A DNA stretch of 61,930 bases, filler included, from Stramenopiles sp. TOSAG23-2 (lineage: Eukaryota): NCBI GenBank assembly GCA_900128395.1. It is 5 parts of 5 records of this genome, joined end to end, with 100 filler letters (N's around TTAATTAATTAA, not from the genome) between each part and the next. Parts side by side here need not be neighbours in the genome. Positions count along the whole stretch, not along the records: positions 1 to 12,362 come from LT649862.1; positions 12,463 to 24,784 come from LT649863.1; 3 more parts are not named here. One strand, given 5' to 3'. The notes below the pieces were generated by a model. That model ran no database searches. It was not told the origin of the DNA and worked only from the letters and a program-made list of their open reading frames with translations. Positions 1 to 12,595 of this stretch are shown here, piece after piece (position 1 is the first letter of the stretch; each line of letters opens with the position of its first letter). The translations under genes were made by a program, and so were the position numbers.

Positions 1-119
1 CGCGGTTTGTATATCTCTACACGTAGTAGAAATCCAATTGGAAGCTGCGAGCTCCTTTATTTCGGCTTTGTTCGAGATCTTTACGAGTTTGGTTTTAGCG
101 ACTTCCAGACGGAACGTAT

Positions 120-1814
120 TTAAACTTGCCATTCTTGAAAAAAATCATTTCCTTTGTCATCTACAACTACAAAAGCAGGAAAATTTTCAACATCTACTTT
201 CCAAACTGCTTCCATACCAAGTTCAGGATACTCTAGAACTTCCACTTTTTTTATACAATTTTGAGCTAAGATTGCTGCTGGACCACCAATTGACCCTAAA
301 TAAAATCCACCATATTCTTTGCAAGCTTTTGTAACTTGCCTACTACGATTTCCCTTTGCTAACATGACATATCCACCACCTGCTTTCATAAAATTACCTA
401 CATATGAATCCATTCTACCTGCTGTTGTTGGACCGAATGAACCAGATGCATACCCATCCGGTGTTTTTGCAGGACCTGCATAGTAAACGATATGGTCTTG
501 AAGGTATTCTGGCATACCTTCACCAGCGTCAAGTCTTTCTTGAATTTTGGCATGTGCAATATCACGTGCAACAACGATCGTACCGCTTAACGAAACACGT
601 GATTTGACAGGCAAGGTGCTTAAAACTTCCCTAAGCTTAGACATTCCTTGGTTTAGATCAATATCAACTACCGTTTCACTTAATGCATTTTCCGTGACAT
701 CAGGTAAATATTTACTAGGATCTGTCTCTAACTGTTCAATGAAAACGCCATCTTCAGTTATTTTACCAAAAGCTTGTCGGTCAGCAGAGCAAGAAACTCC
801 AATACCAACTGGGCATGATGCACCGTGTCGAGGCAAACGTATTACGCGAACATCATGACAAAAATATTTCCCACCAAATTGAGCACCAATGCCTAAATCA
901 CGAGTAATTTGTAAAATTTTTTCTTCCCATTCCAAATCACGAAATCCTCTTCCATGTTCATTTCCACTAGTATTCATACCATCTAAATATTTTGCACTGG
1001 CATATTTAACAGTTTTTAATGTCATTTCAGCAGATAATCCACCGATAACAATTGCTAAATGGTAGGGTGGACATGCTGCTGTGCCTAGACTTTTAATTTT
1101 CTCTTCAATAAATTCGGCAAGTGATTTCTCGTTAAGCAAAGCCTTTGTTTGTTGATATAAGAAAGTCTTATTGGCGCTTCCACCACCTTTTGCCATAAAC
1201 ATGAAACTGTATTCTGAACCTTTTGTTGCATAAAGCTCAACTTGTGCTGGTAAATTAGTTTTTGTATTTTGTTCTGTAAACATATCAGTTGGTGCCACTT
1301 GTGAGTAACGCAAGTTCCTTTCAGTGTATGTATTGTACACACCACGAGAAAGATGACTTTCATCATCACCATCTGTTATGACATTGCCACCACGTTTGCC
1401 AACAATAATTCCTGTTCCAGTATCTTGGCACCCCGGTAACACCATACCAGCAGCAACATTTGCATTTTTCAATAATTCAATTGCTACAAACTTATCATTT
1501 TCAGATGCTTCAGGGTCAGCTAAAATGTTTGATAGTTGCTGCAAGTGTGCCGGTCTTAATAAGTGGGCTATATCTGTCATGCCTTGTGCAGCTATTGCGG
1601 TTAGTGCTTCCGGCTCTACTTTTAGCATTTTACGACCATCCATATCAAATGTTGATACCCATTTCTCAGATCCCTCCAATTTTTTATATGGGGTCTTCGG
1701 TTTATTTGGCGATTCAAATAAATCTTGGTATACAAATCCGGTACTAAACGCCCTTATATTCTTCGAAACATTTAGTAATTTATTCGCCGTTGATCTTGCT
1801 ATTGCACTTAACAT
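120..1814 (-). CDS. fumA: Class I (Fe-S) fumarate hydratase, probable mitochondrial, 564 aa
   Basis: Motifs [34 protein letters not shown]. True start taken as ATG at 1814 ([14 protein letters not shown], presequence-like); the upstream part of the computed ORF is TA-microsatellite. Confidence 0.95.
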   Translation of the reverse strand: MLSAIARSTANKLLNVSKNIRAFSTGFVYQDLFESPNKPKTPYKKLEGSEKWVSTFDMDGRKMLKVEPEALTAIAAQGMTDIAHLLRPAHLQQLSNILADPEASENDKFVAIELLKNANVAAGMVLPGCQDTGTGIIVGKRGGNVITDGDDESHLSRGVYNTYTERNLRYSQVAPTDMFTEQNTKTNLPAQVELYATKGSEYSFMFMAKGGGSANKTFLYQQTKALLNEKSLAEFIEEKIKSLGTAACPPYHLAIVIGGLSAEMTLKTVKYASAKYLDGMNTSGNEHGRGFRDLEWEEKILQITRDLGIGAQFGGKYFCHDVRVIRLPRHGASCPVGIGVSCSADRQAFGKITEDGVFIEQLETDPSKYLPDVTENALSETVVDIDLNQGMSKLREVLSTLPVKSRVSLSGTIVVARDIAHAKIQERLDAGEGMPEYLQDHIVYYAGPAKTPDGYASGSFGPTTAGRMDSYVGNFMKAGGGYVMLAKGNRSRQVTKACKEYGGFYLGSIGGPAAILAQNCIKKVEVLEYPELGMEAVWKVDVENFPAFVVVDDKGNDFFQEWQV

Positions 1815-2465
1815 GATGGATGGATGTTGACTATATATATATATATATATAAATATAAATAAATATATATATATATAAATACATTTTGCTATATGTATGA
1901 TAATATGTATTATATTATTAGAGACTATATTTATAATATTGTTTCTCGTCGTCGTCTGTATATTAGTGTCCACCCACTGCTGGTCCACAATGGCACACCA
2001 GCACACCACATCATCAGCACCTTAATCTTCTTCTTCTTTTTCTTTTTTCTTTCTTCCTTCACGCTTCAGGACCAACAATTTCAATTTGGATTATGGTATT
2101 TTTTTAATAAGGATATTAAAATATACAAATAAAAGACGATTAACAACAGTATGGTGGTACACACTAGTTATAAATAATGAAATTCTAATATTATAAATAC
2201 CTTAAATATAAGAAGCATCTTCCAGAGCCTTTCGCTCCCATCTTCTAGCAATTATATTTACCTGGTACAGTATTATTATTGCACTATTTTATTATTATTA
2301 GCACACATTACAGATGATATATAACAAGGCTAATTGCACCAGGTATTCTAAAAATAAAAAAAATGATATACTATCTTCACATAGACATTTATAAATATAT
2401 ATATACACAACAAATAAAAACTATCGCAAAAGAGTTACTCCAACGTTTGGAATAGAAATATCAAT

Positions 2466-3707
2466 ATGGCAGCATTCAATAATACAAAGAATCCATTTGA
2501 AAACTTACATAGCGATGTATTAAGAGTTGAACCATCTTCAGAGGAAGAAAAGGTTAAGTTAGTTGCCGAAATTAAAGAAAGAGGTAATAATGCATTTAAA
2601 ACAAGAAGAATGGAAGAGGCAGATATGCTATACAGTCGTGCTATTGAACTAGATAATACGATGCATGCATTATACGGAAATCGATCAGCAGTAAATCATA
2701 CAATGGGAAAATTTGAGAAAGCACTGGAAGATGCAATATCTGCCATTAACTGTAAGCCAGATTGGGCAAAAGGATATTTTCGTAAAGGAAATGCCTTACA
2801 TGGTTTGAAAAGACCACACGCTGCAATAGAGGCGTTTGAAGAAAGCTTAAAGTTGGAAGGAAAGAAAAATAAAGCTGTACAGAAAGCATTGGACAAGGCA
2901 AAAAAGTTAGGAGAAAAAATTTCAAAAGAAGATGAAGAATTAGCAAATAATGTAAATGAAAAATCATTGAATACAAATTCATTCACTATAAAACAAAGAA
3001 ATGATACGACAAAAGAAGTTTTAAACACTCAAAGAAAAGCTGAAAAGTTGAGTGGAAACGATGTTGTACGAGCAAATGATATTGGTGAAGTATCGAAAAC
3101 AGATGTGGTTCGAGGATATAAAAAGACAAAAGATGGACGTACTACAACGTTCTTCCATCGGGACATTGATGATGAAGCAAAAAAATTGATTGGAAGTATA
3201 GCACCAAAAAAAATTGATCCAGTTAAATTGAAAAATAACAATGATCAAGATAAAGGTGATGGCAGTGCATGGAATAAAGGTGGAACATACGAAGAGAAAA
3301 ATATTAGTGATTGGGCAAAAAATCGTTTGAGTGATTTATTGCAAGATACGTCTACAACTTGCAATGATTGTGTAGTGAACATTGGAAAGATAAAGAAGCT
3401 GGATGGGGAAGCACAAGTTTTTGTTCTAAGAGGTACAAAGCGTTTTATGTTTGAATTCAATGTCGAAATGGAATGGGTTGCCATTAGTAATAATAATGAT
3501 GCAAGTTATGAAGGTACAATTGTATACCCTGATTTATCCACCGATGCATGTGGTGATTATGAGGTAAATGTAAAAGTAAAAAGTGCATCTATTCCAGATG
3601 ACCTTCGTTCTAATATAGTGAAAACGGACGGGATTTTTCAAAAAGAAATTAGAAGAATTGTTGGTATTTTCGAAAAAGAATTTGTTGATTCTAGTTTTAA
3701 AAAATAA
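2466..3707 (+). CDS. TPR domain + Aha1 N-terminal domain Hsp90 co-chaperone
   Basis: N-terminal TPR triplet (KERGNNAFK, LYGNRSA, WAKGYFRKG); C-terminal SAWNKGGTYEEKNISDWAKNRL...KRFMFEFNVEMEW resembles Aha1_N. Confidence 0.8.
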   Translation: MAAFNNTKNPFENLHSDVLRVEPSSEEEKVKLVAEIKERGNNAFKTRRMEEADMLYSRAIELDNTMHALYGNRSAVNHTMGKFEKALEDAISAINCKPDWAKGYFRKGNALHGLKRPHAAIEAFEESLKLEGKKNKAVQKALDKAKKLGEKISKEDEELANNVNEKSLNTNSFTIKQRNDTTKEVLNTQRKAEKLSGNDVVRANDIGEVSKTDVVRGYKKTKDGRTTTFFHRDIDDEAKKLIGSIAPKKIDPVKLKNNNDQDKGDGSAWNKGGTYEEKNISDWAKNRLSDLLQDTSTTCNDCVVNIGKIKKLDGEAQVFVLRGTKRFMFEFNVEMEWVAISNNNDASYEGTIVYPDLSTDACGDYEVNVKVKSASIPDDLRSNIVKTDGIFQKEIRRIVGIFEKEFVDSSFKK

Positions 3708-3891
3708 AATAAAAGCGCTAGAATATATTATATTCTTTGGAGAGTACCAGGTATGATAGGAAGTGATTATCGTATTATAGTTCGTATAATATATATGATA
3801 CAGCTACACTTTTTAAAAAAAAAAATATAATACTGAGTATATATTAATATTTTTTATTATTTAATTTTACATTTTACACATATGTATATAA

Positions 3892-4760
3892 TCACATCCT
3901 TAACTTCTTTGCACTTCTGGAAAACATTGATTTACGATTTACAAATGCAGTTAATAATGCATCTAGTTCATCAGGCTCATCCATATTGACATGAAACGAG
4001 GGTTGTACAGGACTTGTTTTTGGACTTCTAGAAACTACTTGATTATTACCCATACCAATGAATTCACTGCTGCCTCGAAGAGCACCACCACTTGGTGAAG
4101 AAAAGCCTCCACCACCTCTAACAGCAGCGACAACGTCTCCTTTATAAAATTCTTTTAGCTGATTTTGGAGTGATGATATCGTTGCACGTTGCTCAGCAAG
4201 TTGTTGCAATAAAGTTTCATGCTGTTTATTTAAATCTCTGCGCAAGCGTCCTATTCCGACTGTATTCGGGTTTTTGTTATTACCTAATTCATCTTTTGTT
4301 GGTGGGGTGCGTGGTGGACCTTTCGTACTAGCGAACACATCATCTACAGTGCCACGTTTTTTTTGCAATACTTGTTGTCTAACTTTTTCTGCATCTTCCC
4401 TTGCTGACTTTTCTTTCTCACGCGTTTCCTTATCACGATGCTCTCGCTGGTAAGCATTTAAAATCTCAACTCTTTCTCTCTCTACTCTTTCCTCTTCTCT
4501 TCGTTCTTCTTCCGCTCGTTTTTGCTTTTCAATTTGTTTTTGCCTTCGTTTCATTTCAATTTGAACACGTAATGTTTGTTTCAACTCCTCCCGCTTTCTT
4601 TCAGCTTCTGCAATTTCACGTGCTTGTTCAGGTGCAACATAAGCAAGTCTTCCATATCCACCAGGTGGCGTCATCATACGTCCGTTTTCCGGATTTCTCA
4701 TACTCATGGTCCCAGACATTGTTTCTTGAAAACCACCTCCTTGTTGTTGACCACGATTCA

Positions 4761-4791
<31 letters not shown>

Positions 4792-5769
4792 AAAATACGG
4801 ATTATGCTCCTGTGCACGAAAAATTTTAGGAGACAAACCACCTGCTTTCGCAGCACCATGAACTTCCCTTAAATCAGTAACAATTTTGCCAGTATCATCA
4901 CGTAATGGAGCACCTCCACCACCACGTCCCCATGGATCATATTTAACAGCCTCATTTCTTGCACGCCTTTCCGCTATTATATCATCTTCCTTCACTTTCC
5001 GTTCTCTATCTTTCCTTTCTTGTACTTGTCTATTCAAGGATTCAAGCCATAACTGTTTTTTCCTAGCTTTTGCTCTTTGATCATTTGCAAGCTGTGCATC
5101 GTATTTATTATTGCCACCCCACATTCCCTCTAAGTTATTACGTGGTTTATTCCTACGGTCACCACGAGGTAATATATCCATCCCACTGTTATATCCCATG
5201 TTATTATTATTATTACGATTATTTCCATTGCGAAAATTCTGTCCTGGGTAGTCCGGTCTTGCTAATCTCTTAGCAAACTCATTATAATTTACACGTCCAT
5301 TTCCATTAATATCGACATACCTCAAAACACTTTCCACATCGTTTGTGGGAAGATTGTACATGTTACATAATCGTCTAATTTCACCAGAATCTAAATACCC
5401 AGATCTATCTGAATCTGCACTTAAAAAGGCCTTTGCTAAATATCTAAACCTTTCTTCTAACTCCACAGTTAAATTTTTAACAGCGGTTGGCACGTTGTTA
5501 CCACCGCCATTATACCTAGCTTGTGGCACCGGTGCATTAAATGCAGCAGCTGAATTAAAGCCATATTGCTGCTTGTATTTATCTGCTAATCTTGCACCCG
5601 CAAGTGCTACATTTCCTTTCGGAATTCTATTATTATTATTATTATTAATTTGTTGTTGTTGTTGCATATTATATCTCGCATTAACTTGACGGTCTAATTC
5701 TTCTTTATATTGACGTTGTCTTTGCTTACGTACAGCAATTGGGTCATTTGGTGTTCTACCAATAAACAT
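3892..5769 (-). CDS. EF-hand/coiled-coil centrosomal-ciliary protein, CSPP1-like
   Basis: Two EF-hands (DSDRSGYLDSGE, DINGNGRVNYNE); YDPWGRGGGGAPLRDDTGKIVTDL matches the CSPP1 conserved motif; first ATG at 5769. Confidence 0.7.
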
Positions 5770-7091
5770 ATGATTCTTCAATTAATATTGATATGATATC
5801 AGTATCTCTCTGTCTATTCTTTGTATATAAAATTTGATATATATATATATATTAATATCTATGTAGCAAGAATATAATATTAATACAATTTTACCTTTCT
5901 ATAAATATATATAAAGCTTCTATCGATGTACATACATACATATATTTTGATGATTATAAAAAACGATTAATAGTATTGCACAGTATGGGAATTAAAAATA
6001 GCTCTCAATTTTATTGTGAGCGAGAGAGGACTATTTATTAAAAAAAGTCAAACGTATAACTGGTGGCAAATAGCAAATAGGACAAATTGTACTAGTGTAT
6101 AAGTATAGAAAATAAAGAGAAATAGGAAGAACAGAGAGAACTACAAACCTTTTTACCTTAAAATAGTTTTTTTTTTTTTTTTTTTTCACAGTTTCATCAA
6201 CAAAAAGTATCACAGTTTCATCCACTTCATATACTTGTTAGTATGAAGTAATTTAACATACAATATCATTATAAAAGCACAACGTTGTTTGGCGTTTTGA
6301 CCATTCGGTTCCTATCTAAAAACACGGTGCATATATTATGTTCTTATTGCTTATAAGTGTTAATTCTATTTATATTGTAAATATTTCTATATGTGACAAA
6401 TAATAGTGTACCTACTCGTTTCATTTTGTCCGCAAAAAGATTTAGGGAATGTAAATGTTGAGATCAACAAAAGATCGTCCTAAAGATGGTACCTTAGTAT
6501 TTACATGCTAATGGACCCTGAACGTTCATAAATATCATACACGAGATTTAATGGTATTGCGGTGCTATTTGCAAATCTTTTTTTTGTAAAAAGAAAGAAC
6601 ACACAAAATACATAATATGTATTATATGTATGTATTATACATATACAACCACACATATCGAAGCATACAAACAACTAACAAGCAGTAGATATAAGTAAAT
6701 ACTAAAACAAAATAAGTAATCATCTCAGTTAAACAAATAAAAGAAAACAAAAACAAAAAAAAGTAAGTAACTTAATATATATATATATATATATATACAC
6801 TAATCATACAAATATTATTTCTGTACTACACATGTGTTTAAAACTTTTTTCATATACGGCAAAAGAAATAGTTGAAAGCTATCATTGAAAACAAGAAAAC
6901 TAAATACATGTTTACGTACATTGTATATTTACATCCCATTCTGTATAACATCACAGATCTTCTTATTACTTCAGTATATATAAATAAATATCAACAACAG
7001 ATCGAACAAAGATTGACTAACAATGATAATTCATTTTCCTCTCGCTTTTATATATAAATTTATAAATGTATATATACAGAAATAAATAAAA

Positions 7092-8153
7092 ATGTTCAAA
7101 GCAAATCGATATTCATTACGTGAAAATGTACGTTCCACAAAACCATCAAACGGAACCAACGGAACTCGTCGCGCATTAGGCGATATTAGTAATAACACAA
7201 GCACTAATGGTGTGCAAAACGTTACAAAAAAATTTTCTGATTTGAGTGCAAATGGTAGCAAACGCCCTTCACCACCAGTGGAAAATCGTACAAATGGCAC
7301 AACAAGACCTGCTTCCTTCAATCGTGTAAGCCCAAAACAAAACTGGGTAGATATTGATGCAGCTGATGTTGCTAATCCGCAAGCTTGCGTTGCATACGTA
7401 AATGATATCTATGATCATTTCTTTAATACTGAAGGAAAATTTGGACCATCTGCTGGTTACATCTCAAAACAAGCGGACATCAATGAAAAAATGAGATCCA
7501 TTTTAATCGATTGGTTGGTTGAAGTACACTTAAAATTTCGCTTAAAGACAGAAACATTATACCTTTGCGTAAACATCATCGATCGTTATTTAGAACGCGC
7601 GCAAGTTGGTCGTTCCAAACTTCAATTGCTTGGTGTTACATGTTTACTCCTTGCAGCAAAATACGAAGAAATCTACCCACCAGAAGTTCGCGATTTGGTA
7701 TATGTTACCGATAAAGCATATACTAGACAACAAATTTTAAAAATGGAAAGTGCAGTTGTTAATACCTTGAAATTCAAATTGACAGTTCCAACACACTACA
7801 AATTTTTAGTTCGCTTCATCAAAGCTGCCCAATGTGATACACGTACCAAATTGATAGCATATTACTTTTGCGAGAAAACTTTGACGGAATATTCCATGTT
7901 GAAATATAAACCATCAACAATTTCTGCAGCAGCGGTATACTTATCCTTGAAAGCAGTTAATTTGACTCCATGGACGCCAACTTTGGAACATTACTCCGGA
8001 TATCAAGTAGGTGATATTGCTCAATGTGCCAAGGATATCATTGCTATTGTTCAAAAAGCATCTGGTGCAAGTCTTCAAGCAATTCGTAAAAAATATTCTC
8101 AACAAAAATTTGGAGATGCAGCTGGTGCAGCAGCAACAGTAACAAGCGTTTAA
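7092..8153 (+). CDS. CCNB: Mitotic cyclin (B-type)
   Basis: Destruction box RRALGDISN; cyclin box MRSILIDWLVEVHLKF, KLQLLGVTCLLLAAKYEEIYPP. Confidence 0.9.
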   Translation: MFKANRYSLRENVRSTKPSNGTNGTRRALGDISNNTSTNGVQNVTKKFSDLSANGSKRPSPPVENRTNGTTRPASFNRVSPKQNWVDIDAADVANPQACVAYVNDIYDHFFNTEGKFGPSAGYISKQADINEKMRSILIDWLVEVHLKFRLKTETLYLCVNIIDRYLERAQVGRSKLQLLGVTCLLLAAKYEEIYPPEVRDLVYVTDKAYTRQQILKMESAVVNTLKFKLTVPTHYKFLVRFIKAAQCDTRTKLIAYYFCEKTLTEYSMLKYKPSTISAAAVYLSLKAVNLTPWTPTLEHYSGYQVGDIAQCAKDIIAIVQKASGASLQAIRKKYSQQKFGDAAGAAATVTSV

Positions 8154-8864
8154 GTACGATATGATTTAAAGCAATTGCGATCATCATAAGCAACCGAGGA
8201 GAGGCAAATAATAATAATAAAATAAATAAATAAAAGACTTAAGATACGATCGATTAGAAGACCAAAATTAACAGCAATCACATTTTGGCCACATTTTTCA
8301 TTTATGGTATTGGAAACCATATAACAAATAATAATTAAATGATTGGATAAAAAGAGAGAAAAGGAAGTAAAAGAAAAGTTTTTATACTTGGGCGTTCATA
8401 AATTAGAGAGAGCATGTTTATTATGTAGAAACTTTAGAGAGAGAATAAAAAAAATATTAGGGTTTTAAACATTCTAGAATATATTATATTATATTATTTT
8501 ATAAACATTTTGCTTTGAGAGTACATTTTTAAATTAAAAACACTTTTTTTCCTTCAAAAAATATGGACATAGATATCATATTAATCGAGTTAATAAATTC
8601 TCTTACTCTTCTATTTTTTACGATGCGTCATCTCTGTTTAATTTTTTTTTTTAAATCCCACAAATGTATATATAATCACTACTGAATGTTATGTGCGGTA
8701 CTTATTATTAATACGCGCTCGTTTATACACGTATATTTCGCGTGTAGCACTGTATTTTAATTTTTTACTTCTACCCATCATGACAATTCCTATACTCTCA
8801 AAAGTGCGTAAATTAAATTGTATAATATCATACTGATCATATGACACACGCACACACGCACAGA

Positions 8865-10235
8865 CTATAACATTTGATCAATATTAAAAAGCAACCACTT
8901 GATACAATCTTCATAAGACATACCTTTATTTTCGTTATTATTAATCATAGCATAAAAAAATTGTTCGTCGTTTTTACCAAATAGCCCACAATGGCTCTCA
9001 TCAGTAGTTAACGAGTCATTCATAAATATATACACACGTTGAGCACCATAGGCGGGCCTCTTTAATCGAAGTTTTTTGTGTGTGAATTCTTTGATAATAA
9101 TTTTAATTACATCATCTACAGTATAGTAAGTTTTTTTTTCTAATAGCAATCCTTTAGCATTTATAATATTACTGAAAGCAAAATTTTCATTAATTGGCGG
9201 AATCAATTTTATTCTTTTATTACTACAACTATCATCAGTTATGCCTCTTTTGCGTGAAGTGGTTGATTGAGATGTTGCGGAAACATCTTCATTGTCTTGC
9301 ATATGTTTCGTTTTCTTTTTAATAGGTTCTTTGTCACGTTTCTTTCCTGACTTTCTCTTCTTAATATTCTCTTTAGATTTAAAAAGTCCAGAAGCATGTG
9401 TGAATGCTATTGTAAACGGCCTAACTTCACCTTTAATCATCTCAACAATATCATTTAACGCCATTCCATAGACATCATTGTTTCCTACACGTATAAGAAT
9501 ATCTTCCTTTTCTTGATATTTTCCAGATACAAGATGTGTGGTAATTTTATTTCGACTTTTTCCGCTTTGTGTTTGAGATTTATGCATGGATTTAAATCGC
9601 ACTAATGTCCTATCCTTGTATGAACTATCCTCAGTCAAAAAAATTCCTGCACTGTCTCCAGTGATCTTAAATATTACATCTTCACTTTCAACGTGCTTCT
9701 TATCACCGGCATTAAAATGATTGTTTTTATTATTACTTTTATCATTATCATCATCAACCTCATCTTCATTATTATTACTATTATTACTATCATTAACGTC
9801 CTCCTTATAGTTGTTGTCGAACTTTAATCGATCATCATCAACTCTACCATTGGTTTTAGACATAGATGCAGGACTAGGTGATAAATTTTGTACAACATCA
9901 TCCGCTGTTTCCATATCTGCCACAGTTACAAACGATATAGATACCGGCTTTACCTTTGAAGCCTTTTTTATTACACTAATCAGTTTCTCAAAATCCATGA
10001 CAGCAGGATTTTTGTTATTTATTTCGACTAGTTCCATCCCTTTCTTAATACCTTCCAAATATGCTAAAGAATTTTCAATTACATTATTAACACAGTATTT
10101 ACCTTCTTTATCTTTAAATATTCCCACACCAAGCGGTTCACCTTGAATTGTAATGCGAATTACATGCCTCCCCTCGACACTTCGGGAAGAATCAAACTTA
10201 TTTACATGCTCATAAGAAGAAACCCCCTTATCCAT
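8865..10235 (-). CDS. PDZ-domain protein (one clear, one degenerate PDZ)
   Basis: GEPLGVGI...VIENSLAYLEGIKKGMELVEINN; second half-domain DILIRVGNNDVYGMALNDIVEMIKGEVRPFTIAF. Confidence 0.65.
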   Translation of the reverse strand: MDKGVSSYEHVNKFDSSRSVEGRHVIRITIQGEPLGVGIFKDKEGKYCVNNVIENSLAYLEGIKKGMELVEINNKNPAVMDFEKLISVIKKASKVKPVSISFVTVADMETADDVVQNLSPSPASMSKTNGRVDDDRLKFDNNYKEDVNDSNNSNNNEDEVDDDNDKSNNKNNHFNAGDKKHVESEDVIFKITGDSAGIFLTEDSSYKDRTLVRFKSMHKSQTQSGKSRNKITTHLVSGKYQEKEDILIRVGNNDVYGMALNDIVEMIKGEVRPFTIAFTHASGLFKSKENIKKRKSGKKRDKEPIKKKTKHMQDNEDVSATSQSTTSRKRGITDDSCSNKRIKLIPPINENFAFSNIINAKGLLLEKKTYYTVDDVIKIIIKEFTHKKLRLKRPAYGAQRVYIFMNDSLTTDESHCGLFGKNDEQFFYAMINNNENKGMSYEDCIKWLLFNIDQML

Positions 10236-10766
10236 TTGTTATGATTTGATACGTTTTTTTTTTGGTTTAAATTCGTTTCTTACTTTCCTAAGTTGCGTAA
10301 ATTCAATTCTATTTTCTTAGAGACAATATAATACACTAATTCCAATAATGTCGTGATATGTGGTATATATATATATATATGTATGTATAGAAACGCTCTA
10401 TACATTAACATTATACATAAACAGACGACGATTTAGATTATCATATATTCTAATTATTAATATTACCTGGTAATAAACCTGAAAGGCCCGATGAGGCTAC
10501 TGTATACAATTGTATAGTAGAACCCCTGTCCTGAAATCAATTTAAGGACAGAAACAGAGGAGAATTTTCACAAAATATTCTGAAGTATGCAATTGGTAGA
10601 GTTAAATAAAAGTACCTATCAACATTCTGATGGCAACATGGCAACAAAAATTAAAATATATTTAAGGTAAAATACCAAAAAAAAACTATCCACACTATAC
10701 CAGGTAGCCTTTTTATTTTGTTCTTCGGAATCGAAATGATGGCCTGGATGGCACGATGAGCACATG

Positions 10767-11011
10767 ATGTTTAATTAATTATACGAAGAATAGCAAGTTG
10801 CAATAAAATAAATAAGATATTATTTTTTCTATCGATAGTGTGTACATAAACTTTTTTTAACGCTACGCTCAACTCGCCATATGTAAAGTCATGTTTAATT
10901 AATTATACGAAGAATAGCAAGTTGCAATAAAATAAATAAGATATTATTTTTTCTATCGATAGTGTGTACATAAACTTTTTTTAACGCTACGCTCAACTCG
11001 CCATATGTAAA
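10767..11011. repeat. Exact 121-bp tandem duplication (10767-10887 / 10891-11011)
   Basis: Direct sequence comparison. Confidence 0.9.
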
Positions 11012-11026
11012 TCATATCAACTGTTA

Positions 11027-11791
11027 TTAGTCCATTTGAAATCCACCATTCATATCAAGTACCTCCCCAGTAATGAAACCGGATAATGGAGAAACAAAAA
11101 AACTAACTGCATGGGCAACTTCATCAGGCCCGCAAAATCGTTTGACTGGTATCTTTTGTAAAAGCTCATCACGTTGCTCTTGAGTCAATTTTTCAGATAT
11201 CATAGGTGAAAATACATAACATGGTGCAATTGCATTTACCGTAATACCATCCCCAGCATATTGACGAGCTAATGAAAATGTCAAGCCTACCATTGCTGCT
11301 TTACTTGCAGAATATGCAGTACCAGCAGTTAAACCACCAGATTTCCATGCCCATGATGACATATTGACAATTCTACCAAATTTTTGTTCTAACATATATG
11401 GCACACATTTTTTTGATAAATAAAAACACGAGTCATAGTTTACAGCATGTACTTTTTTCCATTCTGAAGTTGTTGTCTCAATAAGCTTATTATTGGATAG
11501 TATACCAGCAACGTTCACCAAAATGTCAACACCTTTGGCACCTAGCTTTTCCAGACCTCTATCAACACCAACATTAACGGCTTCATCATCAGCAACATTA
11601 ATAGCAATACCGACACATTTAGATGGTAGAGTTGCTGCAAACTCCTCACATTTAGATTCGTTTAAATCGACAATTATTATTTGTACTCCTTGTGCAGCCA
11701 ATGATTTACAAATCTCACCACCGATTGATCCAGTCCCTCCAGTTACTAGCGCGACCTTGTCTTTTATTGAAGTTGACGTAATACTTGCCAT
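11027..11791 (-). CDS. Short-chain dehydrogenase/reductase, FabG-like
   Basis: TGGTGSIG Rossmann motif, NVAG, YSASK catalytic motif, FITGEVLDMNGG tail. Confidence 0.9.
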   Translation of the reverse strand: MASITSTSIKDKVALVTGGTGSIGGEICKSLAAQGVQIIIVDLNESKCEEFAATLPSKCVGIAINVADDEAVNVGVDRGLEKLGAKGVDILVNVAGILSNNKLIETTTSEWKKVHAVNYDSCFYLSKKCVPYMLEQKFGRIVNMSSWAWKSGGLTAGTAYSASKAAMVGLTFSLARQYAGDGITVNAIAPCYVFSPMISEKLTQEQRDELLQKIPVKRFCGPDEVAHAVSFFVSPLSGFITGEVLDMNGGFQMD

Positions 11792-11962
11792 TATTTTCCA
11801 GTTTATATATAATTTGTTCGTTTAAAAGGGAATTGTACATAGGTAAATTATAAATCTATATATAGAAATAATAAATTACAATATGAATTACACTAATATT
11901 GGTTTTATAACTAAAAAAAATAAAATATACGTGGTGGTGCATGCCAGCATATTATACCTGGT

Positions 11963-12095
11963 NNNNNNNNNNNNNNNNNNNNNNNNNNNNNNNNNNNNNN
12001 NNNNNNNNNNNNNNNNNNNNNNNNNNNNNNNNNNNNNNNNNNNNNNNNNNNNNNNNNNNNNNNNNNNNNNNNNNNNNNNNNNNNNNNNNNNNNNN
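11963..12095. other. Scaffold gap (N run without linker)
   Basis: Run of N. Confidence 0.95.
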
Positions 12096-12362
12096 CCGTA
12101 TACTATGTATCTATAATGTGTAGTGTATATAGCACATCGATAATTACATCATGTCATTAGAGTCATATGTCGTTTGTCGTTTGAGTATTAATATACAGTA
12201 TCATATTATGCCAGGTACAGTAAGGTATAGACGACTATGTATGAGTTGTATTGTGCTATTGTATGCACACATGTGTGATGCACATCTCTCTTTTTATGCA
12301 TCTTCTCTTATAAATTATTAACACTGTATATATTCGTCACATTAATTATTTCATAATATCTT

Positions 12363-12462
12363 NNNNNNNNNNNNNNNNNNNNNNNNNNNNNNNNNNNNNN
12401 NNNNNNTTAATTAATTAANNNNNNNNNNNNNNNNNNNNNNNNNNNNNNNNNNNNNNNNNNNN
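12363..12462. other. Artificial contig spacer 44N-TTAATTAATTAA-44N
   Basis: Six-frame stop linker inside an N run. Confidence 0.97.
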
Positions 12463-12595
12463 GACCCATTAGGAATAATTCTTTACCTAAACTACTTATT
12501 TGTGTCTTCTTTTTCTTGTTGTTGTTGTTCTTCTTCTTCTTTCGTCTACTATTAGAGGCACCTAAACCTGGAAAACCATCATCGATACTTGTCAT
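12463..12595 (-). CDS. 5' fragment of an unknown gene cut by the contig edge
   Basis: ATG-initiated frame (MTSIDDGFPGLG...) open into the gap. Confidence 0.5.

Noticed and set aside
1815-2009. N-terminal extensions of computed ORFs (fumarase, AMACR, NUP88)
   Set aside because: They start at non-ATG codons or run through TA microsatellites; downstream ATGs give family-typical starts.
10461-10475. U1 snRNA 5' end (TTACCTGG)
   Set aside because: Lacks ATACTTACCTGG and the downstream U1 stem-loop I; it fits the common ACCWGGT motif instead.
12407-12418. TTAATTAATTAA as a biological motif
   Set aside because: Always centred in a 100-nt N spacer; it is a synthetic six-frame stop linker.
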